From the NCBI RefSeq assembly GCF_009914755.1, contig NC_060928.1: 64,000 nt of DNA, one strand, 5' to 3'. This DNA is from the human T2T-CHM13v2.0 reference genome, Homo sapiens. Positions within the stretch are counted from its first letter, which is position 1. The number at the start of each line of letters is the position of its first letter. This document shows, piece by piece, positions 47,201-64,000 of the stretch. The notes beneath the pieces were generated by a model. The model ran no database searches, was not told where the DNA came from, and saw only the letters and a list, made by a program, of their open reading frames with translations. The position numbers and the translations under genes were made by a program.

Positions 47201-48313
47201 ATATACCAAAACTGTACATTTACATAGTCTGTGGGTTTCTGAACAACCTAACAATTTTAAACCCTCCTAACTAGATGGAAAACTCTTAAATTAGAAGTGC
47301 AATTTCAATCCCAAATTCATAAGTACTTTCTCATACAGCTTTGTTATCTTAGATTTCTTTTAGTATATTAAAAAAAAAGGTCAAGATGATGGCTTTTTTC
47401 ATTCTCGGAAGAAAGCAGAGATGATCGTAATTTTTGCTTTGACATTCGCACTGTTCAGGCATGCCTCATAACTAGCTTTTAGGGCTTCAATAAGTAACGC
47501 AGTGACCAGAAGCTCTAAAATGGGATTTAGAAGTTTCCAAATGATACCCAATTAAAAAGTGTTCCAGGCAAAAAAGCAGCAAACCTTGCTTTGAAAGGTA
47601 CTCACAGTTCCATTTCCCTGAGATGAGGAGGGAGCTGCAACTCTGGGCTGATGGTTAATGCTGAAAGCATTCAACTGCAGCTGTAATTACTGACAAGCAA
47701 ACTATGAACCAGAATTAGGATTATTAGTAATTACTTCCTATGAATCAGGGCATGATGGGTTCATGGGTTTCTGTCAACTGTTTTGCTTGAGGCAGACGGA
47801 TATCTAGAGTGTCAAACTTAAAAAAGTTCAGCACAAAGGAATAGATTAGGGAAGAAATTGCCTCAATGAGCTACATGAAAATGTAAAATTAGGTCTGTCT
47901 AAAGACAGTTGGTTGCTAACTTTGCTTCTTATCATGAAGGTTATGCTGAGTAAACCAGAAACTCAGGGTCATAAAACTTTGTTAGGATCAACTTTAGAGT
48001 TAATTTATTTTAGTCATTTTACTTAGGAAACTGAAGCCCAGACTAGGCAAGAAAGTTGCCCATGGTTACACAGCTGGTCAGTGATAACACTGAGACAAAG
48101 TGGTAGTCATTCTAGGTTGCAGGTGCAGGCCTTATCTAAAATGGTTTATCCAATTGTAATTTGTTGACTGTACCTTTCGATGCATAGGTATGTGACTCTT
48201 GCTGGCATAATTTCTTTTTTTTAATTGTAAAAAACACATAAGATGGGATCTACCCTCTTAACAAATTTGTAAGTGGATTGCACAGTATTACGGTATTTAC
48301 TATATGTGCATTA

Positions 48314-48740
<427 letters not shown>

Positions 48741-49289
48741 TGAGTTTGACTACTTTAGATACTTCATGTAAGTGGAAAATTGAAGTATTTGTCCTTCTGT
48801 GACTGGTTTATTTCACTTAGCATAATGTTCTCAAAGTTTATCCATGCTGAAACAAATCATGGGATTTTCTTTTAAAAGACTAAATAATATTCCATTGTGT
48901 ATATATATCACATATTTCTTTATCCATTCATCTGTTGACAGACAGTTAGGTTGTTTCCCTTCTTGATTGGTGTGAATAATGCCACAATGAACATGGGAGT
49001 TCAAATATCTCTTTGAGATCCTGCTTTAAATTATTTTGGATACATACCTAGAAATGAGACAGATGGATCATATGGTATTTTTATTTTCAGATTTTTCAAA
49101 GAACTTCTGTGCTATTTTCCATAGAGTGCCTGTATCTTGCTCCCCAATGGTGTGCAAGGGTTCCAATCTCTCTACATCCTCACCACCTCACAGATACTTG
49201 ATATTTTCTGGTTTTTGGGTTTTTATTTTTTTAAATAATGACCATCCTAACAGATATGAGGGATATGGTGATATCTCATTGTGTGTTGC

Positions 49290-49613
<324 letters not shown>

Positions 49614-52600
49614 TAGTGATGCTGAGTATCTTTTCCTATACCTAGTGGCCATTTGCATGGCTTCTTCAAAGAAATGTCTATTTAATTAAGCTGTTTGCCC
49701 ATTTTTAAATTGAGTTACTTATTTTGCAATTGGTTGTAGGAGTTTCTTATATATTTTAGAAATTAACCCCTTATCAGCTATATGATATGGAAATATTTTT
49801 TTCCAATTCATAGGTTGCTTTTCATCCTGTTGATTGTTTTATTTGCTGTGCAGAAGGTTTTAAGGTTTTCAAAGTCCTCCCTTCTGTCTATTTTAGCTTT
49901 TGTGTCCTGTGCTTTTGATGTTATATTCAAGAAATCATGGAAAAATAGTTATAGTGCTCTTCTCTTATGTTTTCTTGTAGTTGTTGTATAGTTTCAGATT
50001 TTACATTTAATTTTATAGTGAATTTTGAGTTGACTTTTGTGTGTGGTGTAAAATAAAGGTTCAATTTTATTCTTTTACAACTAAATGTGCAGTTTTCCCT
50101 GCACCATCTGTTGGAGAGATATATTTCCCCATGATGTATTCTTGGCATCCTTGTTGAAGATAAGTTGACTGAATGTGCATAGGTTTATTTCTAGGGTATT
50201 ATTCCTGTTCCATTAATCTATAGGTTCATCTCTATGCCAGTACTATACTGTTTTGATTACTGTGGCTTTGTGATATAATTTGAAGTCAGGAAGTATGAGA
50301 CTTCCAGCTTTGCTCTTTCTCACAGTTGTTTTGGCTTTTGGGGGGTACTTTGTGGTTCCCTATAGATGTTAGGGTTATTATTTCTCTTTATGTGAAAAAG
50401 TCTGGGATTTTGATGGGAATTTCATTGAATCTATAGATCACTTTGGGTAATGTGCACATTACAGTATTGAATCTTTCAATTTATGAACATGAGATGTCTT
50501 TAAATTTATTTGTGTCTTCTTTAATTTCATTCACCAGTGTTTTGCAGCATTCAGTGTACAAGTTTCTGGCCAACTTAGTTAAATTTATTTCAAACTATTT
50601 TTTTGGTGTTGTTATAAATGGGATTATTTTCCTTAACTTCTTTTTTTTGGATTGTTAATTTTTAGGGTATAGAAACATAACCAACTTTTTATGTTAATTT
50701 TGAAACCTGCCACCTTGTTGAATTTGTTTATTCAACAGGATTTTTTTTTTCAGAAACTAAAAGAACTTTAGGATTTTCTACATATACATCTGCAAACAGA
50801 GATAATTTTACTTATTCTTTTCTTGATTTGGGTAAGTTTAATGTATTTTTCTTGACTAATTTCTCTAGCTAAGATTTCCAGTTCCATGGTGAGTAAAAGT
50901 GGTGAGACTGGACATCCTTGGCTTGTTTCTGATCTCAGAGGAAAAGCTTTCAGTTTTTCACCTTTGAGTTTGGTGCTAGCTCCATTTTTTCTTTTTCATA
51001 TATGATCTTGATCATGTTGAGGTAATTTTCTTCTACTCCTTGTTTGTTGAGTGTTTTTATTATAAAGTGGTGCTGAATTTTGTCAAATGCTTTTTTGGTG
51101 TCTATTGAGATGATCGTATGATTTTTATTCTTCTATTAATGTGACATATCGTATAGATAGATTCATACATTGAGCCATACTTGCATCTCAGGGATAAAAC
51201 CTGCTTGAATGTGATATATAATAGTTTCAATTTGTTGTTCAATTAAGTTTGGTAGTGTTTTGTTGAAGATTTAAAAATTTATATGTATCAGAGATATTGG
51301 CTTACAGCTTTCTTTTTTTATAGTGTCTTTGTCTGGCTTTGATATTAGGATAATGCTGACTGCATAAAATGAGTTTGGAAGTATTACCTCCTTTTCAGCT
51401 TTTTGGAAGAGTTTGAGAAAGACTGACATTAGTTCTTCTTTAAAAGTTTGGTAGAATTCACCAGTAAAGCCCTTTAGTCTTGAGCTTTTCCTTTCTGGGA
51501 GGTTTTCGAATGTGGATTCAATCTTCTTATTCATCACTAGTACAATTCAGATTTTCTATTTTTTTCATGATTCACTCTTGATACTTGTATGTCTTTAGGA
51601 ATTTATCCATTTCTTCTTGGTTATCTGTAAGTCTCCTAGGCTTTCTTCATGCTTTTTATTCTTTTGTCTTTTTGCTCCTCTTACTGAGTAATTTCAAATG
51701 ACTTTTCTTCAAGTTCACTGATTTTTTTCTTCTGCTTCATCAAGTCTGCTGTTGGACCACTCTAGTAAACGTTTTTGTTCAATTATTGTATTTTTCAGCA
51801 CCAGAATTTCTATTTGACTTTTTTCTATATTTCCTTTTTTTTTGCTGATATTCTAATTTTGATTTTTTCTGAGCTCACTAAGCATCTTTATGGCTGTTTT
51901 TTTTTATTCTTTGTCAAGTATCTTACAGGCTTTCATTTCTTTAGGGTTGGTTTCTATAGATTTATTTTGATTCTTTGATTGGGCCATGCTTTCCTATTCT
52001 TCGTGTGCCTTGTAACTTTGTGGGGGGATTTGCACATTAAAAAAAAGTCGCTTCTCTCAGTCTTTATAGAATGGCTTTAGACAGGGAAAGACCTTTCCTA
52101 TTCAGCCTGGCTAAAGATTCCAGAGGCCTCTCAAACTTTTTCTGTGGATGCATCTTTTCTGGATTTGTTCAAGTACATTCTCAATTAGAGACATTTGCCA
52201 GCTTTTCTTCTTTTTTTCAGGACCTCTTAATTTCTTGCATCTTTGGTCTCTCTTTGTGGTATTTCAGGTTCTCTGGCTTTTAAGCAAGCCACCCGGTTCT
52301 TTTTCATTTGCAGTGATCTTCTGTGATCTGGAGTATGCTGGGTCACATCAGCACTCTGAGACAAGAGAGACAGAAACCAGTCCTTCAGGCAACACCTAAA
52401 AATCCTGCACATTGGATGGATATTTTAGTTTTCTCTTGCTTTCTCCAAGGAGAAGCCAGAAATTGACAGTTTTCCTCCAATTGCACTACATCGAGCTATG
52501 GGGCTCAATGGCAAGTGAGGGGTGTGGCAAGTGGGTGCCACAAATTTTCTTACTGACTTTGACGCAGTTGGTTTTGCCCTGACCTGGGGTGCAGGGACCT

Positions 52601-52787
52601 CTCAGTTTCTTTGGATTTCTTACAAAGGGAATTGGTCCATGTGTGGTTGAATAGGTTTCTCTGTGGGGAAAGGGAACATCCTGGACTTTCTATTCTGTTA
52701 TCTTGCTTATGTCATCTCCCTCTCCACTCTTTAAAATGACAAATAATTACTCCTTTGTTAATAATATTCTTTAAAAAAACTTTAAGT

Positions 52788-52890
52788 GCTATTCAAGTGC
52801 AGTAGTGAGAATGGGGAACACAGTAGAACACGGAGTTTGATCTGTAACTGATTGAATTAACTGAGATAGCTCATTGTCTTCAGAAAAGTC
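52788..52890 (-). pseudogene. Y1 RNA (RNY1-derived) pseudogene
   Basis: Reverse complement gacttttctgaagacaatgagctatctcagttaattcaatcagttacagatcaaactccgtgttctactgtgttccccattctcactactgcacttgaatagc aligns end to end with recalled hY1 (CAGTTACAGATCGAACTCCTTGTTCTAC...TTCTCACTACTGCACTTGACTAG). Confidence 0.92.
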
Positions 52891-52943
52891 TGCCCACTGC
52901 ATTGCTAAGAGGAGTGGCTCTCTACTATTCTCTTTGTACTACT

Positions 52944-53395
52944 TGTCTTGGGTTGGGTTCCCCCAGAAGCAGATGGAGATTTGAATCACATAACTTATTT
53001 TGAACATAGTGCCAAGAAACACTAGAGGAGGAATGAGGAAATGAGGTGGAAAAGGAAAAAGAATCAACATAGTGAGTGTTAATGAGCAGGTTACCCCTGT
53101 GGGCAACTATGGGTAATTTCTGACAAGCGCCTCTGAGAGATAGTGCAGAATATGCCTCAGTGTGGTTCCACCCAAGGGGTAAAGTAGCCTCGGGTATTAT
53201 TCTCCAACTTTCATCATTAAAAGCACTGTCCCTGGGAATGGCATATTCCTTGTCCTTCTGGCCTACACCACTCCTGGGTTGAGTCCTCTAAATCCAGTAG
53301 GGGAAAAGTCATAGGTGCTTGTCTTAGGCAGCAATCAACGTTCAAAGAATTGTGAGTTCAGAGGGAACACGGATAATACCCTGCCAGTGTCTGTT
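52944..53395 (-). mobile_element. LTR16-like (ERVL) LTR
   Basis: tgtcttgggttgggttcccccagaagcaga...gagcaggttacccctgtgggcaact. Confidence 0.7.
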
Positions 53396-53709
53396 CTTCT
53401 GGGCTGGCTGTTGCAAACGGCATGCATTTGGATCCGGTAATCCCATATCACCAGATGCTAGAACAGTATCCAGGAAGAATTTGAAGTATTCTAGGAAATT
53501 TTAGAAGGTTAGGCAGAGACAGAGTTTTGGAAGTGAGAGCTCAAGCATTTCTTTGGAGAAATCACTAGAGCTTGGTGGAATTATGGATTCACGTATTCCC
53601 TGCATTAAGTTCCAAAGATTATAGGTTACATTGAATGAGAGTCCCATGAAAACCAGTACTGAGAACAGAAACATTGCTTGTGGAATGGCTTTGGCTCACA
53701 GCAGTATTA

Positions 53710-54400
53710 GCACTCTCCAGCATTACCACTCTCATCTAAGCCACTATTTTCCTCCTAGCTTATTGCCGTAGTGTCCTCAATGTTCTCCTTGCTTTTCCTG
53801 CAAACCCCCAATCCCTCTTTGCCTCTCTACCCTGACCAGTTATTCTCTACACAGTAGCCAGAGGGGCTATCTAGCACTAAGTCGGATTATGTTGTTCATT
53901 TGCTTATAATGTACCAGTGGCTTTCCATCTCACTCAGAGAAAATACTCTAAGGTCCTTTCAATGGTTTACAAGTCTCTGTATAATCAGCTCCTGCCTCCT
54001 CACCTCTGAGGTGACTTAGCCCCAGCTCCGGTGGCTTCTTTGCTGTCCGAAGACCACACCATGTGTATTCTCTCCTTCGAGCCTTTCCACTTGCTGTTTC
54101 CTCTCCCTGGAATGCTCTTTCCCACACCCACATGGATTGCTTTCTTACTTTCTTCAGGCCTCTGCTCAAATATTGGCTTTTATGGTTACTCTGCATGAAA
54201 TATTCTTTACTCCTTCTTTGCAGCTTCATTTTTCTCCATAGCAATTTTTATTATTTATTTCTACAGCTAGAATGTAAACCCCACAAGTACTTGAATTTTG
54301 TTGATTATATTCAGTACTATATCTCCAGTGGTTAGAATAGTGCCTCACTTTCAATAAGCAATCAATGATTCAATAAATATTTGCTGAATAAATGAATGAA
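53710..54400 (+). mobile_element. L2 3' region
   Basis: ctctacacagtagccagagg, ctctccctggaatgctctttccc, ctagaatgtaaaccccaca, caataaatatttgctgaataaatgaatgaa. Confidence 0.85.
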
Positions 54401-54509
54401 AGTATTAATACACGGATGTGGTTGGACAGAAACTGAAGTATACCCAGGGGAAAGTAGTCAGGCCAGGGAAGTCTAAACCATAAGAAATTGTTGTTGACTT
54501 CGAATTGTA

Positions 54510-54875
54510 GTTAATTTTCCTTTCTTACTCCTTATAATCTATAGTATATGGGGATGCTGAATTTGGAGAAGAGAAAGCATGGTAAGTGACTTCAGATTTT
54601 GAGGGACTAGTTTATGAAGAGGAGGATGAAGTTATTCCATGAATTACAAAGGCCAAGATCCCAGATCACAGGAAATAAACTACAGAGAAGCATATTTTTG
54701 AAGTCAAAGGAGGAAAGAACTCTCTAACCATTTGTACTTCCATAAAATGGAAGGGACTGCCTTTCTATAAGTAATGAGTCCCCCATCATCAGAGGTGTTC
54801 AAGCAGAGTAGAAAGTAGAGGTGAGATCCAGAAGATCTTTGAAGACTCTGTCAATCTTGAAATTCTAGAATTCCA
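54510..54875 (+). mobile_element. L3/CR1 3' fragment
   Basis: ggaaagaactctctaacc...aatggaagggactgcc...gtaatgagtcccccatcatcagaggtgttcaagcagag. Confidence 0.7.
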
Positions 54876-55200
54876 TAAACATGAGAGAGAAGCAAAAGTG
54901 TCTCTCACAAAGCATCCCACTACAGTGTGAATGCCATTTACTGAATATTCATCTCCTATAACATTTTTTTCATACAGCTGGAGAGTATTCTATTACCTGA
55001 AAGACTCAAACAAGCCCCCCCCCCAACTTTTTTTTAAAGCACATACCCAATGTTGGACATTTCTTTTAAATTTTTCATACTAAAAACAGAATTTGACCTT
55101 AGTTGGTTTCTGCCCTGAAGGGACATCCTAGCAACAGTGTTTGAGCAGACACAAGCTCAGGCGAAACTAAGAGTGGGTTTTAAAAAAAATATTGTTTCTT

Positions 55201-55497
55201 GGCCGGGCACCGTGGCTCACACCTGTAATCCCAGCACTTTGGGAGGCCGAGGCGGGCGGATCACGAGGTCAGGAGATCAAGACCATCCTGGCTAACACGG
55301 TGAAACCCTGTCTCTACTAAAAATACAAAAAATTAGCTGGGCGTGGTGGCGGGCGCCTGTAGTCCCAGCTACTCGAGAGGCTGAAGCAGGAAAATGGCGT
55401 GAACCTGGGAGGCGGAGCTTGCAGTGAGCATCGCGCCACTGCACTCCAGCCTGGGCGACAGAGCGAGACTGTCTCAAAAAAAAAAAGAAAAAAAAAA
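55201..55497 (+). mobile_element. AluY
   Basis: Y diagnostics; small deletion at gcagtgagc-atcgcg; TSD about aYtgtttctt. Confidence 0.95.
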
Positions 55498-56430
55498 CTG
55501 TTTCTTAGATCCAACCCTTTGTCTGTGTCGAACATGCAATGGTTAAGCCCCAAATATATCATGATGGAATAAGGAGGGGAGAGAGGTATTTGGGCTCTGA
55601 GTTTCCCCCATGTCTCCTAGGTCAGAGCTTCTTATATTTTATGTGCACACAATCATTGGGGTTTTTCTGTCACAGTGAAAATTCAAATATAGTAGGTCTG
55701 GGTTGGGGTCTGAGTTTTTGTATTTCTCCTAAGCTCTTGAGGGAAACCAGTCAGTTGACCGCTTTGTGAATATCACAGTCCTAGTTCATATTCCTTACGG
55801 GGCTGTCTATGAAATTGTCCCTATTTGGAGTCAGAAGCAGAAAATCTCATCCAAAGCCTAAAAACATTCTGAATCATTATGATGTTTACTTTGCATCAAG
55901 AAAAGCAATGACAAGTGGTTACTAATGAAAATAAGCTGTTGAAGGGAACTGCCAATTAGATAGAAACAATTCAGCTTTCATCTCACATCAAGGACAAAAT
56001 TAATCATGCATGCTATTTCCAACAAAAATGCTTTAAGTAAATTATTTAGTATTTATATTTTGTAGTGATGCATGCCTAATAAAATCAATGGTTGCAGGGC
56101 ATGATTAACCGGCATCCTTCAGAATCTAGACCTGCTGCCCTACTATAGGACTTGGTGTTTGAAAAATCCTGACCTTTTTGGAGAAGGGACAGAGGTTTAC
56201 ACTACAGTTTCTCTGTGGCATCCCAAAGTGTGACCTGGATATTTGCAGTTATCTAATCCAGGCTTGTTAAAGGTCCGTGTTCTTAGGCAGAAGTCCTGAA
56301 CTCACTTTTAAAGGAGCAGTTCATCACAATGTATGACAATTGCCTCTGTTTGCTTCTTCCCTTCTAAAGTGGGAGTGACAGGGACAGTGTCTTGTTCACA
56401 GCACATGTAAATATTAAGAAACTAAAGACA

Positions 56431-56748
<318 letters not shown>

Positions 56749-57099
56749 AAGAAACTAAAGACATATTTTTTAGATAGAAAGAGTGAAACTTTCTTGAGAA
56801 GAAGTTCCATCTGCCAGCCCTGATCATATTGTAGTCTGCCTTGCAGAATTCATCTGAAGCTTCCTCCACTGCCAGACAGATCTTCCTGCATCAGGTCCGG
56901 TGCTGCCCCTGACATGAAATGCTCAAGATTTCTAGACATTGAAACACTCTGAAGAATTGAAAGGTAATTCAAAAAGGAAAAATAATGACTGTCCTCAATG
57001 TGTGTGTGTGTGTGTATATATGCACACCTACCTGCCTGTGTGTGCTTGTTTAGATGATAAGAAAAATACTAAGAAAGTCTCGACAATTGAAACACTATG

Positions 57100-57990
57100 G
57101 AATTGATACAAGCCAAGAAGCAGACCCAAATACCCGCAGAGAATGAATAGTTTATCCACTAGATGGCTTAGGAAAAAAATGACTACTTAGTAAAACAACA
57201 AATTAAGTTAAATATATTTTCATATTACACAAACAGAAAACAAAAAATCCAGATGGCTTATTTAAAGAAATATTAACAAATAAAACAATAAAAGATCTAT
57301 AATAAAATGTAGGTAAACATATTTTTGGAGTTTGAAAGACATTTTTAACAAAGAAAGAAAACACAAAGGAAAAGAGGAATATATTTGAATGCATACAATT
57401 TGAACACAAATTTGAAACTGATTTTCATCTTTTATACAATGCCAGTGAATTTCCAATGTTAGTAGAATGTAAGAAATAAACATTCTCATATAATGCTGGA
57501 TAGACTATGAAATATACTTACATTACTGAAGTGTGATTTGGCAAACAAGGTCAAAAACCTGTAAGTTTTACATTCTATTTGATGCGGCAGTTGAATTTCT
57601 AAAAATTGGTTTTGAGAAAATTATTATAGATGTAGGGAAATATTATTTTGCAAAAAATAAGTAGAAACAATTAAGTATTCAATGGTAGGGAGTTAATTTA
57701 CCAGATAATTATGCATCAATATGATGGAATACCATTCATCCATTAAAATGATGAATAAGAATATTTAATGATAAAGAGAAATATTGACAATACATTGTTA
57801 AGTAAAGCAGAAGTAAAGCTGTACTGAAAATGTGAACCCTACTTTAAAGACTGGGAGTTTATATGTAAAAAATTAATAGTGGTTATCCTTGAGTTTAGGT
57901 CTTATGGGTAATTTAAAATTCTATTGCTGCTTTCTGTGCATTTTCATATTTTTATCAATAAACATATTTTACTTCTGAAATCAGAAAGAA
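57100..57990 (+). mobile_element. L1ME-like degraded fragment
   Basis: A-rich; gatggaataccattcatccattaaaatgatg, ttaatagtggttatc, acatattttacttctgaaatcagaaa. Confidence 0.65.
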
Positions 57991-58316
57991 GTGTTAATAA
58001 AAGAATGAAATCCCCTTACAGATGAAAATAGCATTGTTGTCACTATTAAAAATGAGCAGATGCTAATATTAATAATTGTACTAATTTAGGTCATGTTTTA
58101 AGTACTGTTAATAACTATTCTTGTTCTCTGTTAAATTAAGTCTCTTAAAGTTTTTACAAAGTACACAAAGGAACATGTTGAACAATATTTTAGTAGTCTA
58201 GATACAAAAAATGTCTCTTTATATTTATAAAAATAGACCAAATTATGCTGTGGTAACTAACAACCCTGAACCTCAGTGTTTTTAAATATGAAGGCTTAGT
58301 TCTCATTCTGGATGAA

Positions 58317-58348
<32 letters not shown>

Positions 58349-58358
58349 AGACACTTTC

Positions 58359-62285
<3,927 letters not shown>

Positions 62286-63599
62286 TGACATAAGATGTGT
62301 TTGCTCACAACACATTGGCCAAAATTAGCTATGTGGTCCCATAAATCATAAATGGCCAGGAAGATGGAAAGCCAGAAATATTTGGTGAATAGCATTCATA
62401 ATTTCCTTCTTTCTTGACTTGGACAGTGGGTCTACAACTAAAATCTGAAGACTAGGAGGCTGTGATCTGGCAATTACCTTGAGAAAAGCTGAAACAATTA
62501 GCATAAGCAAAGAAAAAGAGATGCAACAGAGAAAATATTGAGCATATTTCTAGAGGAGCTTAAATTTCCTGCATTTCTCTTTCCTCAATATGATTAACAT
62601 GAAATTCTATAGGCTACTCTTTGATAATGTGATTCACTTCAGTGATTACAATTAAAAACTGTAGTGTTTTATGTATTTTGAAAGACACCTCTATTCCTCT
62701 GCCCACCAGCAGGGTTATACAATGTTTTATCCGTTTATTTCCAACAGAAGCCAGATGTTTACCATGCTGGTAATGTTCTGCAGATATGTCTTGCTGCTTC
62801 AAAATGTTATCATGCAGTATTATTATAGTTCCTATTGTAGAACCATCCTCCTATGGCTCATTTTAAGTTTTGTCTCTTCTGAATTCTCTATAGGGAGTTT
62901 TGTTTTAAAACGAATCTTCCCAGTTAACAAGGACTGGGTTAAAGTGAGAAATGTAATGACCGTTCTATTGTAAGGTAAAACAGTCTTACAAATATCTGAA
63001 CCAGTAGGCCAATCTAATTAATTAATCTAATCTAATTACTTAATTGGAGTAGCCAAAAGCAGTATGCAGAGATTAGGACACAAAAGTGGTCTAACTGTGT
63101 AGCAGCTGGATCCGAGGTTTGCCAGCGAGCTCTAGTAGGATTCCAGATGTTCCTGTCCAATCCCAGGATGAGAAATGTCAACTGATGTCAACCCTGCCAA
63201 AAGATGTTATTTCTTTAGTGCTGGAATATCTCCCATCCATTAGCCTCCAATGAAAGCGATGAGTGATTCTCATTTGCCATTTTTTTTTTTCCCTTTCAGG
63301 AATGATCCTGAGAAAGCAAAACACACCAACAGCAGGTAGCAAATAAAATAAAAACTGCTTAGCTTGATGCCAAGTAAATTCTATTTTCTTTGCATTCTGG
63401 TCAACATAAAATGCAATATTAATGGATAAATTAAAAAGCTTGTATGACTTCAGAGAGGATCACTGGAGTACTAGTCATAAATGGCTAGAGGTTTTAAAAG
63501 AGTAAGGATTTGAAGCTTGCAAGATCAGCCAGATATAGCAGAAAGGTCATGGGTATTTGGATGAGACATGTAGTACTTTCAGCCATATATCATTAGTTC

Positions 63600-63880
63600 A
63601 AAAGTTTCTTATGAGCTCCAGACCCTCGTTATGAGTAATTGTCCCACAGATAGTACACATTCAACATATCCTAAGTGGAACTCATGTTTCCCTTTAACCT
63701 TTGTCTCCCCTTCCTCCCACTCTTTCTCTTCCTACTGTGGTGGTTGTGGGAGTAAGAACACTGAAACCAATGTGGGCAATAATCTTGATTTTGTCTTGCC
63801 ATCAAATCCAATCAGACTCTATGGCATACACTCACAGCTACCTACCCAATATCCATTCTTCCTTTCTTTCCTACTCAGAA
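63600..63880 (+). mobile_element. L2 fragment
   Basis: tgagctccagaccc...ttcaacatatcctaagtggaactcat...aatcttgatt. Confidence 0.55.
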
Positions 63881-64000
63881 CACTGATTTTGTTTAAGTGC
63901 AGTAATATACTCCAATAAAAATACTCACCCCTTGAGACTCTAGGGGTGATCATATAACCCGCTATCGGCCAGTGGGATAAGAGTGGAAGTCTCTTAGAAC

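Overview
Primate, most likely human, non-coding DNA (intergenic or deep intronic), dominated by transposable-element relics: about 18 Alu copies or fragments, several LINE-1 pieces, L2/MIR/CR1 fossils, solo LTRs (THE1, MLT1, MLT2, MER41, MER57A, LTR16/33/47-like) and DNA-transposon MITEs. I recognise no host protein-coding gene. The ORFs I can identify are L1 ORF2 remnants, antisense-Alu frames or microsatellite frames; the rest have no recognisable homology. The only RNA-gene-derived feature found is a Y1 RNA pseudogene (52788-52890, minus). The most notable structures are: a young 184-bp tandem duplication with a templated junction that doubles a pair of STAT GAS sites (35654-36027); an L1PA inserted into an Alu inserted into an MLT1 with both TSDs readable; a fold-back insertion inside an L1; two ultra-short retro-insertions; and an AT-rich inverted repeat. 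I see no evidence for a new multi-gene biological system. Repeat subfamily names come from recalled consensus sequences, and boundaries of old repeats are approximate.
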